In this document: in pieces, positions 1 through 8,613 of the stretch | Layout of the letters: the number at the start of each line of letters is the position of its first letter | Position numbering within the stretch: the first letter of the stretch is position 1 | Source: Roseibacillus sp. | Lineage (GTDB): Bacteria > Verrucomicrobiota > Verrucomicrobiia > Verrucomicrobiales > Akkermansiaceae | Length of the DNA stretch: 64,000 nt | Direction of reading: 5' to 3' | Assembly: GCA_051251855.1 (NCBI GenBank) | Contig: JBPOGI010000008.1 | Location: forward strand, 1-64,000 | The notes under the pieces: generated by a model | What the model was told of the DNA's origin: nothing | The model's input: the letters and a program-made list of their open reading frames with translations, nothing else | Databases searched by the model: none | Position numbers and translations under genes: made by a program

Positions 1-174
1 AAGAAGTGCAAGGACGGCGAGAAGGAAGAAGCTCTCATCGCTGGTGACTGCAAGAAGAAGTGCAAGGACGGCGAGAAAGAAGAGGCTCTCATCGCTCACT
101 GCGGTGGATGCAAGAAAGACGACAAGCACGAAGAAGAGGAAGAGGAAAAAGAAGAGCTGGTCTTCGCTGCCTAA
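1..174 (+). CDS. 3' end (partial) of a Cys/Lys/Glu-rich tandem-repeat peptide
   Basis: Not in the ORF track. Frame +1 reads KKCKDGEKEEALIA-GDCKKKCKDGEKEEALIA-HCGGCKKDDKHEEEEEEKEELVFAA*. The 54-nt repeat differs only at synonymous positions (aag/aaa, gaa/gag) and is followed by a terminator. Confidence 0.8.
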   Translation, partial: KKCKDGEKEEALIAGDCKKKCKDGEKEEALIAHCGGCKKDDKHEEEEEEKEELVFAA

Positions 175-198
175 TTTCTTCCCTACTCAACATTTTCC

Positions 199-227
199 AA
201 AGCTCGTCGAACAGACGGGCTTTTTTT
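199..227 (+). terminator. Rho-independent terminator
   Basis: Hairpin agctcgtc-gaaca-gacgggct running into a T7 tract, 25 nt after the stop at 174. Confidence 0.75.
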
Positions 228-273
228 GTGCCCTCATTCCTAGACAATTGCTCAATCGCCCCCAAGGTCAGCG

Positions 274-966
274 ATGGCAAATATTCTCCTCATTGGCGGT
301 AACTCAGGCATCGGCTTAGCAACCGCAAAAAAGCTGCAAGCAAACGGACACAACCTTACCGCCCTCTCACGCGGACAAGACCAACTGCAAGCCCTCGGTA
401 TTTCCTGCCAAACCTTCGATGCCGAAAGCGTCTCCTCCTTCGAACTCCCTGATGAACTTGATGGGCTGGTCTACTTTCCAGGCACCATTAATCTCAAGCC
501 CTTTCATCGCCTCTCCAAAGAAGAGTTCCTCGCCGACTTTCAAATCAACACCCTCGCCGCAGTTGAAGTCATTCAGCAAGCCCTCCCAGCCTTAAAAAAA
601 TCTCCCGCAGCCTCCATCGTCCTCTTTTCCACCATCGCCGTGCAGACCGGAATGCCCTTCCACGCCTCTATCGCAGCCTCCAAGGGAGCGATTGAAGGCC
701 TTGCCCGCTCCCTCGCCGCCGAACTTTCGCCCAAAATCCGAGTCAACGCCATCGCCCCCTCCCTAACCGATACTCCCCTAGCCTCCGCCCTTCTTTCCAG
801 CGACGCCAAGCGCGAAGCCGCCGCCGAGCGACATCCTCTCAAGCGGGTCGCCACCGCGGACGAACTCGCCAACCTCACCAGCTACCTTCTCGGTCCCGAA
901 TCAGCCCCCATCACCGGCCAAATCCTCCACCCCGACAACGGCCTCTCTTCGCTGAAGCTTTTCTAA
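274..966 (+). CDS. Short-chain dehydrogenase/reductase (SDR)
   Basis: GGNSGIG Rossmann motif; IAASKGA (catalytic Tyr of YxxxK replaced); RVNAIAP. Confidence 0.9.
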   Translation: MANILLIGGNSGIGLATAKKLQANGHNLTALSRGQDQLQALGISCQTFDAESVSSFELPDELDGLVYFPGTINLKPFHRLSKEEFLADFQINTLAAVEVIQQALPALKKSPAASIVLFSTIAVQTGMPFHASIAASKGAIEGLARSLAAELSPKIRVNAIAPSLTDTPLASALLSSDAKREAAAERHPLKRVATADELANLTSYLLGPESAPITGQILHPDNGLSSLKLF

Positions 967-1012
967 GAACTGCTCTCGCGAGCTTTTTGCCAAAGGCTGG
1001 AAAGACACTGGG

Positions 1013-2689
1013 TTGCCAATAACGCGACGAAACGCTACCAGTCGGCTGCCTTTGACCACATCAGCCGCCACCAACCCTGTTCCCGCTGCCGCCGCGAAAG
1101 AGATTTCGCGCCGTCGCACCTTTGCCATCATCTCCCACCCAGACGCTGGCAAAACCACTCTCACCGAAAAGCTCCTTCTCTATGGCGGCGCCATCGGACT
1201 TGCCGGAAGTGTCACCTCCAAGAAAGAGCAACGCGCCACCTCCAGTGACTGGATGGCCATGGAAAAAGAACGGGGCATCTCAGTATCCTCCACCGTCCTC
1301 CAGTTCGAATATCAGGACTGCATGGTCAACCTCCTCGACACTCCCGGTCACCACGACTTTTCCGAGGATACTTATCGCGTGCTCTCCGCCGTCGATGCCG
1401 CCGTCATGGTCATCGATGCCGGTAAAGGAATCGAGGCCCAGACCCTCAAACTCTTCGAAGTCTGCCGCCGACGAGGCGTTCCTATTTTTGTCTTCATCAA
1501 CAAGATGGACAGACCCACTCGGCCACCTCTCGAACTCATCGACGAGCTCGAAGACGTTCTCAAGCTCGCGCCCGCACCCGTCAACTGGCCCCTCGGAGAC
1601 GGCCCCCGCTTCAAGGGCGTCTACGACCGCAAGAAGGCGGAAGTCAACCTCTTCGAGCGCACCGCTCATGGAGCCTTCAAAGCCCCGCTCGAAGTGGCCG
1701 GAATCGAAGACGAAAAAATTCGCGAAGCTCTCGGCGACGAACTCTACGAAACAGTCACCCAAGAAGTGGAAATGCTCGACGGCCTTACCGAGCCTCTCGA
1801 TCTCGAACGCGTTCTCGCGGGCGAACAAATGCCCATCTACTTCGGCAGTGCCATGAACAACTTCGGGGTTCAGAACATGTTAGAGAGCTTCCTCGAGATG
1901 GCTCCGCCACCCTCCGGCCGCGAAAACGACGGCGAAATGGTGCTCCCTAACACCAACAACTTCTCCGGCTTCGTGTTCAAAATTCAAGCCAACATGAACC
2001 CCCGCCATCGCGACCGCGCCGTCTTCGTGCGCATCGTCTCCGGCATCTTCGAGCGCGATATGCAAGTCATCGACCAACGCACCGGTAAAAAAGTCCGCCT
2101 CGCCAGCGCGCAAAAGCTCTTCGGACAAGACCGCGAAACTCTTGATACAGCCTACGCTGGGGATATTCTCGCCCTCGTCGGCAACTACGACTTCCTCATC
2201 GGGGACACCCTCACCAGCGACCCCAAAGTCACCTACAACGAGATGCCGCGCTTCACCCCCGAGTGCTTCACCTACATTCTCAACAACGACACCGCCAACA
2301 TCAAACGCTACCGCGCCGGCATGGAGCAGCTCATGAAGGAAGGCGTCGCCCAAGCCTACCAAGTGCACAATAGCGCCCAAGCAGTCCCCCTATTAGGCGC
2401 GGTCGGCCCCTTGCAATTCGAAGTCCTGCAAGCCCGCCTTCTCTCCGAATACCAAGTCGAAACCCGCCAAGAGCCCCCCTCTTGGACGGTGGTGCAATGG
2501 TTCAAAGAAGTGGAACCGCAAAAAGGACGCAGCGACCGCGATCCACCCCAAGTCACTCTCCCTTCTGGCAGCGTCGTCGCCCGCGACCAAGACAGTCAAT
2601 GGGTGGTCCTCCTCCCCGCGAAATACCTCGTCAAAAGCCTCCACGAACGCAACGAACACCTCGCGTTCCGCGACCACGCTTACGATTAA
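1013..2689 (+). CDS. prfC: Peptide chain release factor 3 (start uncertain)
   Basis: RRRTFAIISHPDAGKTTLTEKLLL, DTPGHHDF, NKMD, FKIQANMNPRHRDR and GAVGPLQFEV motifs. Confidence 0.97.
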   Translation: MPITRRNATSRLPLTTSAATNPVPAAAAKEISRRRTFAIISHPDAGKTTLTEKLLLYGGAIGLAGSVTSKKEQRATSSDWMAMEKERGISVSSTVLQFEYQDCMVNLLDTPGHHDFSEDTYRVLSAVDAAVMVIDAGKGIEAQTLKLFEVCRRRGVPIFVFINKMDRPTRPPLELIDELEDVLKLAPAPVNWPLGDGPRFKGVYDRKKAEVNLFERTAHGAFKAPLEVAGIEDEKIREALGDELYETVTQEVEMLDGLTEPLDLERVLAGEQMPIYFGSAMNNFGVQNMLESFLEMAPPPSGRENDGEMVLPNTNNFSGFVFKIQANMNPRHRDRAVFVRIVSGIFERDMQVIDQRTGKKVRLASAQKLFGQDRETLDTAYAGDILALVGNYDFLIGDTLTSDPKVTYNEMPRFTPECFTYILNNDTANIKRYRAGMEQLMKEGVAQAYQVHNSAQAVPLLGAVGPLQFEVLQARLLSEYQVETRQEPPSWTVVQWFKEVEPQKGRSDRDPPQVTLPSGSVVARDQDSQWVVLLPAKYLVKSLHERNEHLAFRDHAYD

Positions 2690-2791
2690 GGAGAGGTCGG
2701 GCTAGGATTCAAAACGGCGAGACATTTTCCTCACTCCCAAATGTGGGGTCAGGCTTTAAAGCCGCGCACCAAAGCAACAAACACGCCCTCC

Positions 2792-3469
2792 CTACTCGCC
2801 CCTCCGCGCCCGCTTTCTTCGGCGTTGGAATTCGGCACCCAATGCCACCGAAATCTTCTCGCGGATCTCTTTTCCCTCTTCAGGTGAGCTTGGTGGCTTT
2901 ACTCCACGCTGAATGTGAATCTCCACTCCTGGCGACACTTCTAATCGAACCCAAACACTGCGCTCTTCGCCTCGATTTTCTCTGCACGAGCCTCCCGCTT
3001 CTCTCGCCATTTTCTTTGCAACCATAGGCCCGATTTCTAACAGCTTCTCATACTCTCCGTCGGTCTTCCCTGCGAGCATCTCGCGAATATGAGGCACGCG
3101 GAATCCATCCGAGAGCATCACTCGCGTTAGCACTGCCTGCAGAATGTGACGGTAGCGGTAACGCGCCTCCTTCCCCTCTTTCTCAGGAGCATCGATGATT
3201 TCCTTCCCCTGATAATGCCGCACCGTGCGCTCATTAAACTCCGAGGTCACCCGTCCGTCGACAGGATCACCTGGCGGCAAATAACGCTCGGCGATTTCAT
3301 TCACCCGCTCCACAAACCTTGGCAAGGGTAAGGCAGGATCATTCTCTTTCACTCTTGCAAGCCGTCTTCGCACGGTTTCCTTACTTTGCCGCGCTTTTTT
3401 CACGGCCATTTTGAAAGCGGCCTTTTTCTTCGGCGCAGGTCCCTTCTTCTTTGCTGTCTTTTTGGTCAT
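2792..3469 (-). CDS. MerR-like HTH transcriptional regulator with Lys/Ala-rich N-terminal tail
   Basis: ERTVRHYQGKEIIDAP...ARYRYRHILQ MerR-type wHTH; ATG at 3469 chosen as start. Confidence 0.75.
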   Translation of the reverse strand: MTKKTAKKKGPAPKKKAAFKMAVKKARQSKETVRRRLARVKENDPALPLPRFVERVNEIAERYLPPGDPVDGRVTSEFNERTVRHYQGKEIIDAPEKEGKEARYRYRHILQAVLTRVMLSDGFRVPHIREMLAGKTDGEYEKLLEIGPMVAKKMAREAGGSCRENRGEERSVWVRLEVSPGVEIHIQRGVKPPSSPEEGKEIREKISVALGAEFQRRRKRARRGE

Positions 3470-3490
3470 GGACCAACGATAACACAAAAG

Positions 3491-3503
3491 TTGTCACTGA
3501 CAA
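3491..3503. promoter_or_regulatory. Putative operator palindrome TTGTCA-C-TGACAA upstream of the MerR-like gene
   Basis: Perfect 6-1-6 inverted repeat about 20 nt upstream of the ATG at 3469. Confidence 0.5.
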
Positions 3504-3545
3504 TAATTTACTGAAAACGTATTCAGAGATACGTAGCTTCCGAGC

Positions 3546-4601
3546 TTAGACCGTGGGCGCGAACATCTTCTTCTTCAGAAAGAGCGAAACATGAACCAAG
3601 CCAATGAGGGCTGGCACTTCTACAAGCGGCCCTACGACCGCAGCAAAGGCAATTCCGGAATCGATACCAAAGACCGCAATCGCGACCGCAATCGCGAGCT
3701 CAAAGTTGTTGCCGGCCGAGGTAAAAGCGACGCTAGCGGTGCGGGGATAGTCTGCCCCCAGCTTCGCTGCCATCACAAAGCTCACGAAAAACATGATACC
3801 GAAGTAGAGCAGAAGCGGGATGGCGATACGCAGAACATCGAGCGGCAACTCGACAATGGCATCTCCTTTGTAGGTAAACATCACCACTATCGTGAAGAGG
3901 AGGGCGACCAAAGTGAGGGGAGAAATACGGGGGATAAATTGGGTCTCATACCACTCGACACTCTTGACTCTGGTGAGCACCACTCGCGTAAGTATTCCGG
4001 CGAAAAAAGGAATCCCGAGATAGATCATCACCGAAGAAAAAATCTCCCCCATCGGAATATCAACCACCACCCCTTGCAATCCGACGAGTGGCGGCAAGAC
4101 AGTGATGAAGAGCCAGGCATAAGCCCCATAAAAAAGGATTTGCGCAATGCTGTTAAAGGCAACCAACCCAGCAGCATACTCCGAGGAACCTTTTGCTAGG
4201 TCGTTCCAAACGAGCACCATCGCAATGCAGCGGGCTAGGCCAACCAGAATCAGCCCGACCATGTAGTCAGGCTGGTCTCGCAAAAGAAGCACTGCCAGCA
4301 CCCACATGACCACTGGCCCAATAATCCAATTCTGAACCAGAGAAATTCCAATGATGCGAGGATTCGAGAAGACCCTTGGCAGCTCACCGTAGCGCACTTT
4401 GGCCAAAGGAGGGTACATCATCACGATAAGCCCGATCGCGAGCGGAAGATTGGTCGTGCCGACCGTAAAGGGCTCAAAGAAGGCCTTGGGATCATTGATA
4501 AGAAAACGACCAATAAGGATCCCGAGAGCCATCGCCGCAAAGATCCAAGCGGTGAGATAGCGATCCAGAAACGACATTTTTGAAGAGACTTTTTCAGACA
4601 T
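3546..4601 (-). CDS. acr3: ACR3-family arsenite efflux transporter
   Basis: [43 protein letters not shown] and GPLVEVP signatures. Confidence 0.95.
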   Translation of the reverse strand: MSEKVSSKMSFLDRYLTAWIFAAMALGILIGRFLINDPKAFFEPFTVGTTNLPLAIGLIVMMYPPLAKVRYGELPRVFSNPRIIGISLVQNWIIGPVVMWVLAVLLLRDQPDYMVGLILVGLARCIAMVLVWNDLAKGSSEYAAGLVAFNSIAQILFYGAYAWLFITVLPPLVGLQGVVVDIPMGEIFSSVMIYLGIPFFAGILTRVVLTRVKSVEWYETQFIPRISPLTLVALLFTIVVMFTYKGDAIVELPLDVLRIAIPLLLYFGIMFFVSFVMAAKLGADYPRTASVAFTSAGNNFELAIAVAIAVFGIDSGIAFAAVVGPLVEVPALIGLVHVSLFLKKKMFAPTV

Positions 4602-4629
4602 GAGAGAAGAGGTTTTAAGAAGAAACAGG

Positions 4630-4929
4630 TTAGCAATCGCAGGTGGATGTGTCCGTGCCAATGGACTCGATACAGCTGAGAAAGGTCGGAAGGCACTCGC
4701 ATGACAGCTGATAGTAAACTTGCAGCCCTTTCTTCTCGCAGGATACCCAACCAGCCTTCCTCATTAAGGTCAGGTGCTTGGAAACAGTCGACATATCGCA
4801 ACCGAACATCTCAACAAAATCCGAGACACAGCGAGGGCCACTTGCCAGACTCTCCACAATTTCCAATCGGACGGGATGAGCCAAAGCCTTGATAATCTCG
4901 ACCCGGCGGTCAGTGGTATTTGTCGTCAT
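4630..4929 (-). CDS. arsR: ArsR/SmtB-family transcriptional repressor
   Basis: [12 protein letters not shown]...CVSDF...STVSKHL; Cys-rich C-terminus; directly upstream of acr3. Confidence 0.9.
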   Translation of the reverse strand: MTTNTTDRRVEIIKALAHPVRLEIVESLASGPRCVSDFVEMFGCDMSTVSKHLTLMRKAGWVSCEKKGLQVYYQLSCECLPTFLSCIESIGTDTSTCDC

Positions 4930-4931
4930 TC

Positions 4932-4967
4932 ACTTGGCGAAAATGCCAAGTAGTTTGATTTTGTCAA
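4932..4967 (-). promoter_or_regulatory. arsR promoter/operator
   Basis: TTGACA on the minus strand (4967-4962) plus inverted repeat ACTTGGC-N6-GCCAAGT (4932-4951) next to the start codon. Confidence 0.6.
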
Positions 4968-5050
4968 CAGAGAACTCCCGATTCATCTAGCCACTTACTC
5001 ACAACTCCATTGCCAAAGCGGCTCCGCCCTTTCAAGCTAGCGAGACTGAA

Positions 5051-6451
5051 ATGCGTCCCATTCTCCTCATTGTTGATGATGAAAAGCCCACCCGAGATGG
5101 TCTCCGGATGGCGCTGGATGAGACCTTTGATGTCTACGTAGCCGCCGACCTCACCCAAGCACGTGAAGTTCTCAAAAACGAGAACGTCGACCTCCTTTTG
5201 ACCGATCTCCGGCTCGGGGCCGAATCTGGAATGGACCTGATTGAAGAGGCCGTCGCTCTTCCCAAGCCCCCTGTTGCAGTCATGATGACCGCTTATGGTT
5301 CCGTCGATACTGCCGTCGAAGCCATGCGCCGAGGCGCTTTTCACTTCGTCACCAAGCCTCTCAATCTCGATGAAGTCGAGAACCTCCTCCAACGCGCCGC
5401 TCGCAGCCGCAACTTGGAGAAGCAAAACGTTGAACTTAAGACCGAGAACGCCCGCCTCCGGCAGAAAACTTCCCAAGCGCCTTCTGGTCTCGACCGAATT
5501 TTAGGCAAATCAGATGCCATCCGCAAGGTCACCGAGATGGTCGAGCAGGTAGCCGCCACCCGCGCTACTGTTCTCATCGAAGGCGAATCCGGAACCGGTA
5601 AAGAACTCGTCGCCCATGCTCTCCACGACCTCTCGGGCCGCCCTCCCGAAAAGTTTGTTATTGTCAACTGCGCCGCACTTTCCCCCCAATTACTAGAATC
5701 CGAGCTCTTTGGTCATGAAAAAGGTGCGTTTACCGGAGCCAGTCAACGTCGTATCGGCCGCTTCGAGCAGGCGCACGGAGGAACCCTCGTGCTCGACGAA
5801 ATCGGAGAAATTGACCCCGCCACTCAAGTAAAGCTTTTGAGGGTCCTTTCCGAGCGCTCCATCGAACGCGTCGGCTCAAACAGCCCTATTCCAGTCGATG
5901 TGCGCTTGGTCGCCGCTACCAACAAGTCCCTGCGGGAATTAGCTGACCAAGGTGACTTCCGCGAAGACCTCTTCTTCCGCCTAAACGTTCTCAAAATCGA
6001 CATGCCTCCCCTGCGTGTCCGTCCCGAAGACGTCATCCTTCTTGCCAACGCTTTTTTGAAGGAATTCTCCGCCGAGAACAACCGTCCCATCAAGCCCTTG
6101 GCTGATGACGCCCTAGCCCGACTCCGCCAATATCCATGGCCCGGTAATGTTCGCGAGCTGAGAACCGCCATGGAGCATGGCGTTATCATGTCGAATTCGG
6201 AACAAATCGAAGCCCGCCATTTACCCTCCTTCATACTGGAGCCCACTCAATCACAGCTACTCACCACCCGTGAACAGAGTCCGGACGAAAAGAATCTTGC
6301 CCCAACCGCCGAACTCAATTTGCATGCGTTGGAAGCAGTTACTATCCAAAGAGCCCTTCGCCAAACGGATGGAAACAAAACAAAAGCAGCTTCTCTTCTC
6401 GGTATTAGCCGCAGGACTTTGCAAAGAAAATTGAGCGAATCCCCTTCCTAG
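5051..6451 (+). CDS. Sigma-54-dependent response regulator (NtrC/AtoC family)
   Basis: Receiver domain, GESGTGKE Walker A, GAFTGA loop, WPGNVREL, Fis-type HTH. Confidence 0.95.
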   Translation: MRPILLIVDDEKPTRDGLRMALDETFDVYVAADLTQAREVLKNENVDLLLTDLRLGAESGMDLIEEAVALPKPPVAVMMTAYGSVDTAVEAMRRGAFHFVTKPLNLDEVENLLQRAARSRNLEKQNVELKTENARLRQKTSQAPSGLDRILGKSDAIRKVTEMVEQVAATRATVLIEGESGTGKELVAHALHDLSGRPPEKFVIVNCAALSPQLLESELFGHEKGAFTGASQRRIGRFEQAHGGTLVLDEIGEIDPATQVKLLRVLSERSIERVGSNSPIPVDVRLVAATNKSLRELADQGDFREDLFFRLNVLKIDMPPLRVRPEDVILLANAFLKEFSAENNRPIKPLADDALARLRQYPWPGNVRELRTAMEHGVIMSNSEQIEARHLPSFILEPTQSQLLTTREQSPDEKNLAPTAELNLHALEAVTIQRALRQTDGNKTKAASLLGISRRTLQRKLSESPS

Positions 6452-6494
6452 CACTCTAAGACCATCTCAAACCCTCTCCTTCAAACACCCATTT

Positions 6495-8288
6495 ATGAAT
6501 AATCAAAGCTCGGTTAGCATCGCCACTATCTCCCTGAGGGCTGTCTTTTTCATCTTACTTATCGCGATGGCTTTCGCGCACCTCTTTCCTCTCTTTCGTG
6601 GCCTCAGCTCTGCCCACGGGATGGAGCAAGCGGCCATCGCTCGCGAGGTAGCTCGCGGCAACGGTCTCGTCACCAAGGTGATTCGGCCCGCAGCCGTTCG
6701 CCAAAATCAGGAAGCTACCGACAAAAACGGCACCCTTGCAGACGCCTGCCAGAACACTTACCACGCCCCTCTACAACCACTTTTACTGGGGGCCGTCTTC
6801 AGAGCTCAGGGAGCCAACAACTTTGATGCCTTTCGTCCTGAGAAGAACGAATACGTCTATTCACTCGACCGAGTCGTAGCGACCTTCGCCGTCATTTGCT
6901 TTCTGCTAGCAATCGGAGTGACCTACCTTCTCGTCTGTCGGATTTTCGATCCCACCATCGCAGCAACCATTGCCCTGCTGATGCTTTTTTGTGAGCTCTA
7001 TTGGCAGGTCTCCATGAGTGGATTGCCTCAAATGCTCATGCTGCTCCTTTTCACCTGCGGAAGCTATTTCGCTTACCGCGCCATCGAATCAACCGAAGAT
7101 GGAGGCCTCACCCTTGTTCACACTCTTCTCGCAGCAGTATTCTTCGCTCTCTTGTGCCTCACTCACTGGTTAGCAATATGGATTGTCATCGGGTATTCCG
7201 TTGCAGCTGCCATCTTCATTAAGCCGCGAGGTGTAGCCGGAATCATTGCCTTAGTGGCCATTATTCTCGCCGCTATTTTCCCTGTTATTCAGAATCTCAA
7301 GGTATCAGGAAATCCAGGTGGAACCGCAATTCTCGTTCTCTTCGAAGGGCTCGCCGGATCTGAGGAATACGCCATGCGCAGCTACGATACTGTCCCTCTC
7401 AATTTACGTCAGATGTCCATCAACGTTCTTCGTCTCACTATTTCGCAGACCAAGGACCTCTACGCCTACCTTGGAAGTATGATTGCAGCTCCCATCTTTT
7501 TCGTAGCCCTCTTCCACCCTTTCAAGCGAACCTCGATTAGTAACTTCCGCTGGGTCATCCTCCTGATGTGGATCTTCGCGGCCCTTGGAATGGCCTTCTT
7601 CGGACTTCGTGACGGCGAAGCATCCTCCAACCAACTCCACATGCTGTTCGCCCCACTGATGGGCGCTTACGGCCTCGCCATGCTTAGCGTGCTCTGGTCC
7701 CGCCTTGAGTTCCCCAAAACAGTTCCTCTGATGGGGCAAGCGCACTTGGCGCTCGTGGTTTTAATATCTTGTAGCCCATTCTTACTCCGTATGCCCTTTG
7801 AGGTGGTTGACTCCTACTCAGACGGCGAAAGAACAGCCCCTAACTACCCACCCTACGCCCCCAGCATTCTCGACAATAGCATCGTAGGATTCGCCGAAAA
7901 AAATGAAATTATTGCCTCGGATCAACCTTGGGCTGTCGCATGGTATACTGATCGTCGTTCACTGTGGTTGCCCATGAAGCTCTCACACCTCGAAATCATC
8001 GAAAACATGGCCGACTCGGAAGAAACTCCAGTTGTGGCCGTGCTTACAACGCCCATTTCCAGCGGAACACGCCCCTTAAACGAGACCGCCGCTTTCTATG
8101 GAGAATATCTGAGTCTCATGCTCGACGCTTGGGCTGGAGTCGCTACGAACACCTCCCCTAAAAGAAGACTCGTGAGTAGAGACGACCGAGACCTGAAGTC
8201 CTTTTTCTCACGTTACCCTTTCCAAGAGATTCTCTTCTTTCGGAGCTCTCCCATGGTACTCTATACCTCTCGCGATTCGGGAATCTAG
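6495..8288 (+). CDS. Polytopic membrane protein, possibly GT-C (ArnT/PMT-like) glycosyltransferase
   Basis: Many hydrophobic segments; YHAPLQP motif in the first loop; soluble C-terminal domain. Confidence 0.55.
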   Translation: MNNQSSVSIATISLRAVFFILLIAMAFAHLFPLFRGLSSAHGMEQAAIAREVARGNGLVTKVIRPAAVRQNQEATDKNGTLADACQNTYHAPLQPLLLGAVFRAQGANNFDAFRPEKNEYVYSLDRVVATFAVICFLLAIGVTYLLVCRIFDPTIAATIALLMLFCELYWQVSMSGLPQMLMLLLFTCGSYFAYRAIESTEDGGLTLVHTLLAAVFFALLCLTHWLAIWIVIGYSVAAAIFIKPRGVAGIIALVAIILAAIFPVIQNLKVSGNPGGTAILVLFEGLAGSEEYAMRSYDTVPLNLRQMSINVLRLTISQTKDLYAYLGSMIAAPIFFVALFHPFKRTSISNFRWVILLMWIFAALGMAFFGLRDGEASSNQLHMLFAPLMGAYGLAMLSVLWSRLEFPKTVPLMGQAHLALVVLISCSPFLLRMPFEVVDSYSDGERTAPNYPPYAPSILDNSIVGFAEKNEIIASDQPWAVAWYTDRRSLWLPMKLSHLEIIENMADSEETPVVAVLTTPISSGTRPLNETAAFYGEYLSLMLDAWAGVATNTSPKRRLVSRDDRDLKSFFSRYPFQEILFFRSSPMVLYTSRDSGI

Positions 8289-8310
8289 TCTCTCCTAGTG
8301 CCTCCAGCTT

Positions 8311-8613
8311 ATGCCAAAGAAATCCAATGCTACCCCGACGTTCGAAAGTTCGATCGAGAAACTCGAGTCTATCGTGAGCCAAATGGAGGAGGAAAACCTC
8401 CCCCTCGAAGAACTTTTGTCGAACTACGAAAAAGGCCACGAACTGCTCACGCATTGCCAAAGCCTCATCGACAGCGCTCGCAAGCGTATTGAGGTTGTTC
8501 AACTCGACAACTCGAATAGCGACGATGGAACGGAAAACAAGCTAGCCAGCAAGCCATCTACAGGTGACACTCCCTCTTCCGAAGCTTCGTCCGATGACAT
8601 CCGACTCCTCTAA
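8311..8613 (+). CDS. xseB: Exodeoxyribonuclease VII small subunit
   Basis: TFESSIEKLESIVSQMEEENLPLEELLSNYEKG; adjacent to dxs. Confidence 0.92.
   Translation: MPKKSNATPTFESSIEKLESIVSQMEEENLPLEELLSNYEKGHELLTHCQSLIDSARKRIEVVQLDNSNSDDGTENKLASKPSTGDTPSSEASSDDIRLL

Noticed and set aside
121..230. tmRNA tag (…LVFAA*)
   Set aside because: It is the end of a longer repeat-coding frame, is followed directly by a terminator, and has no tRNA-like 3' end.
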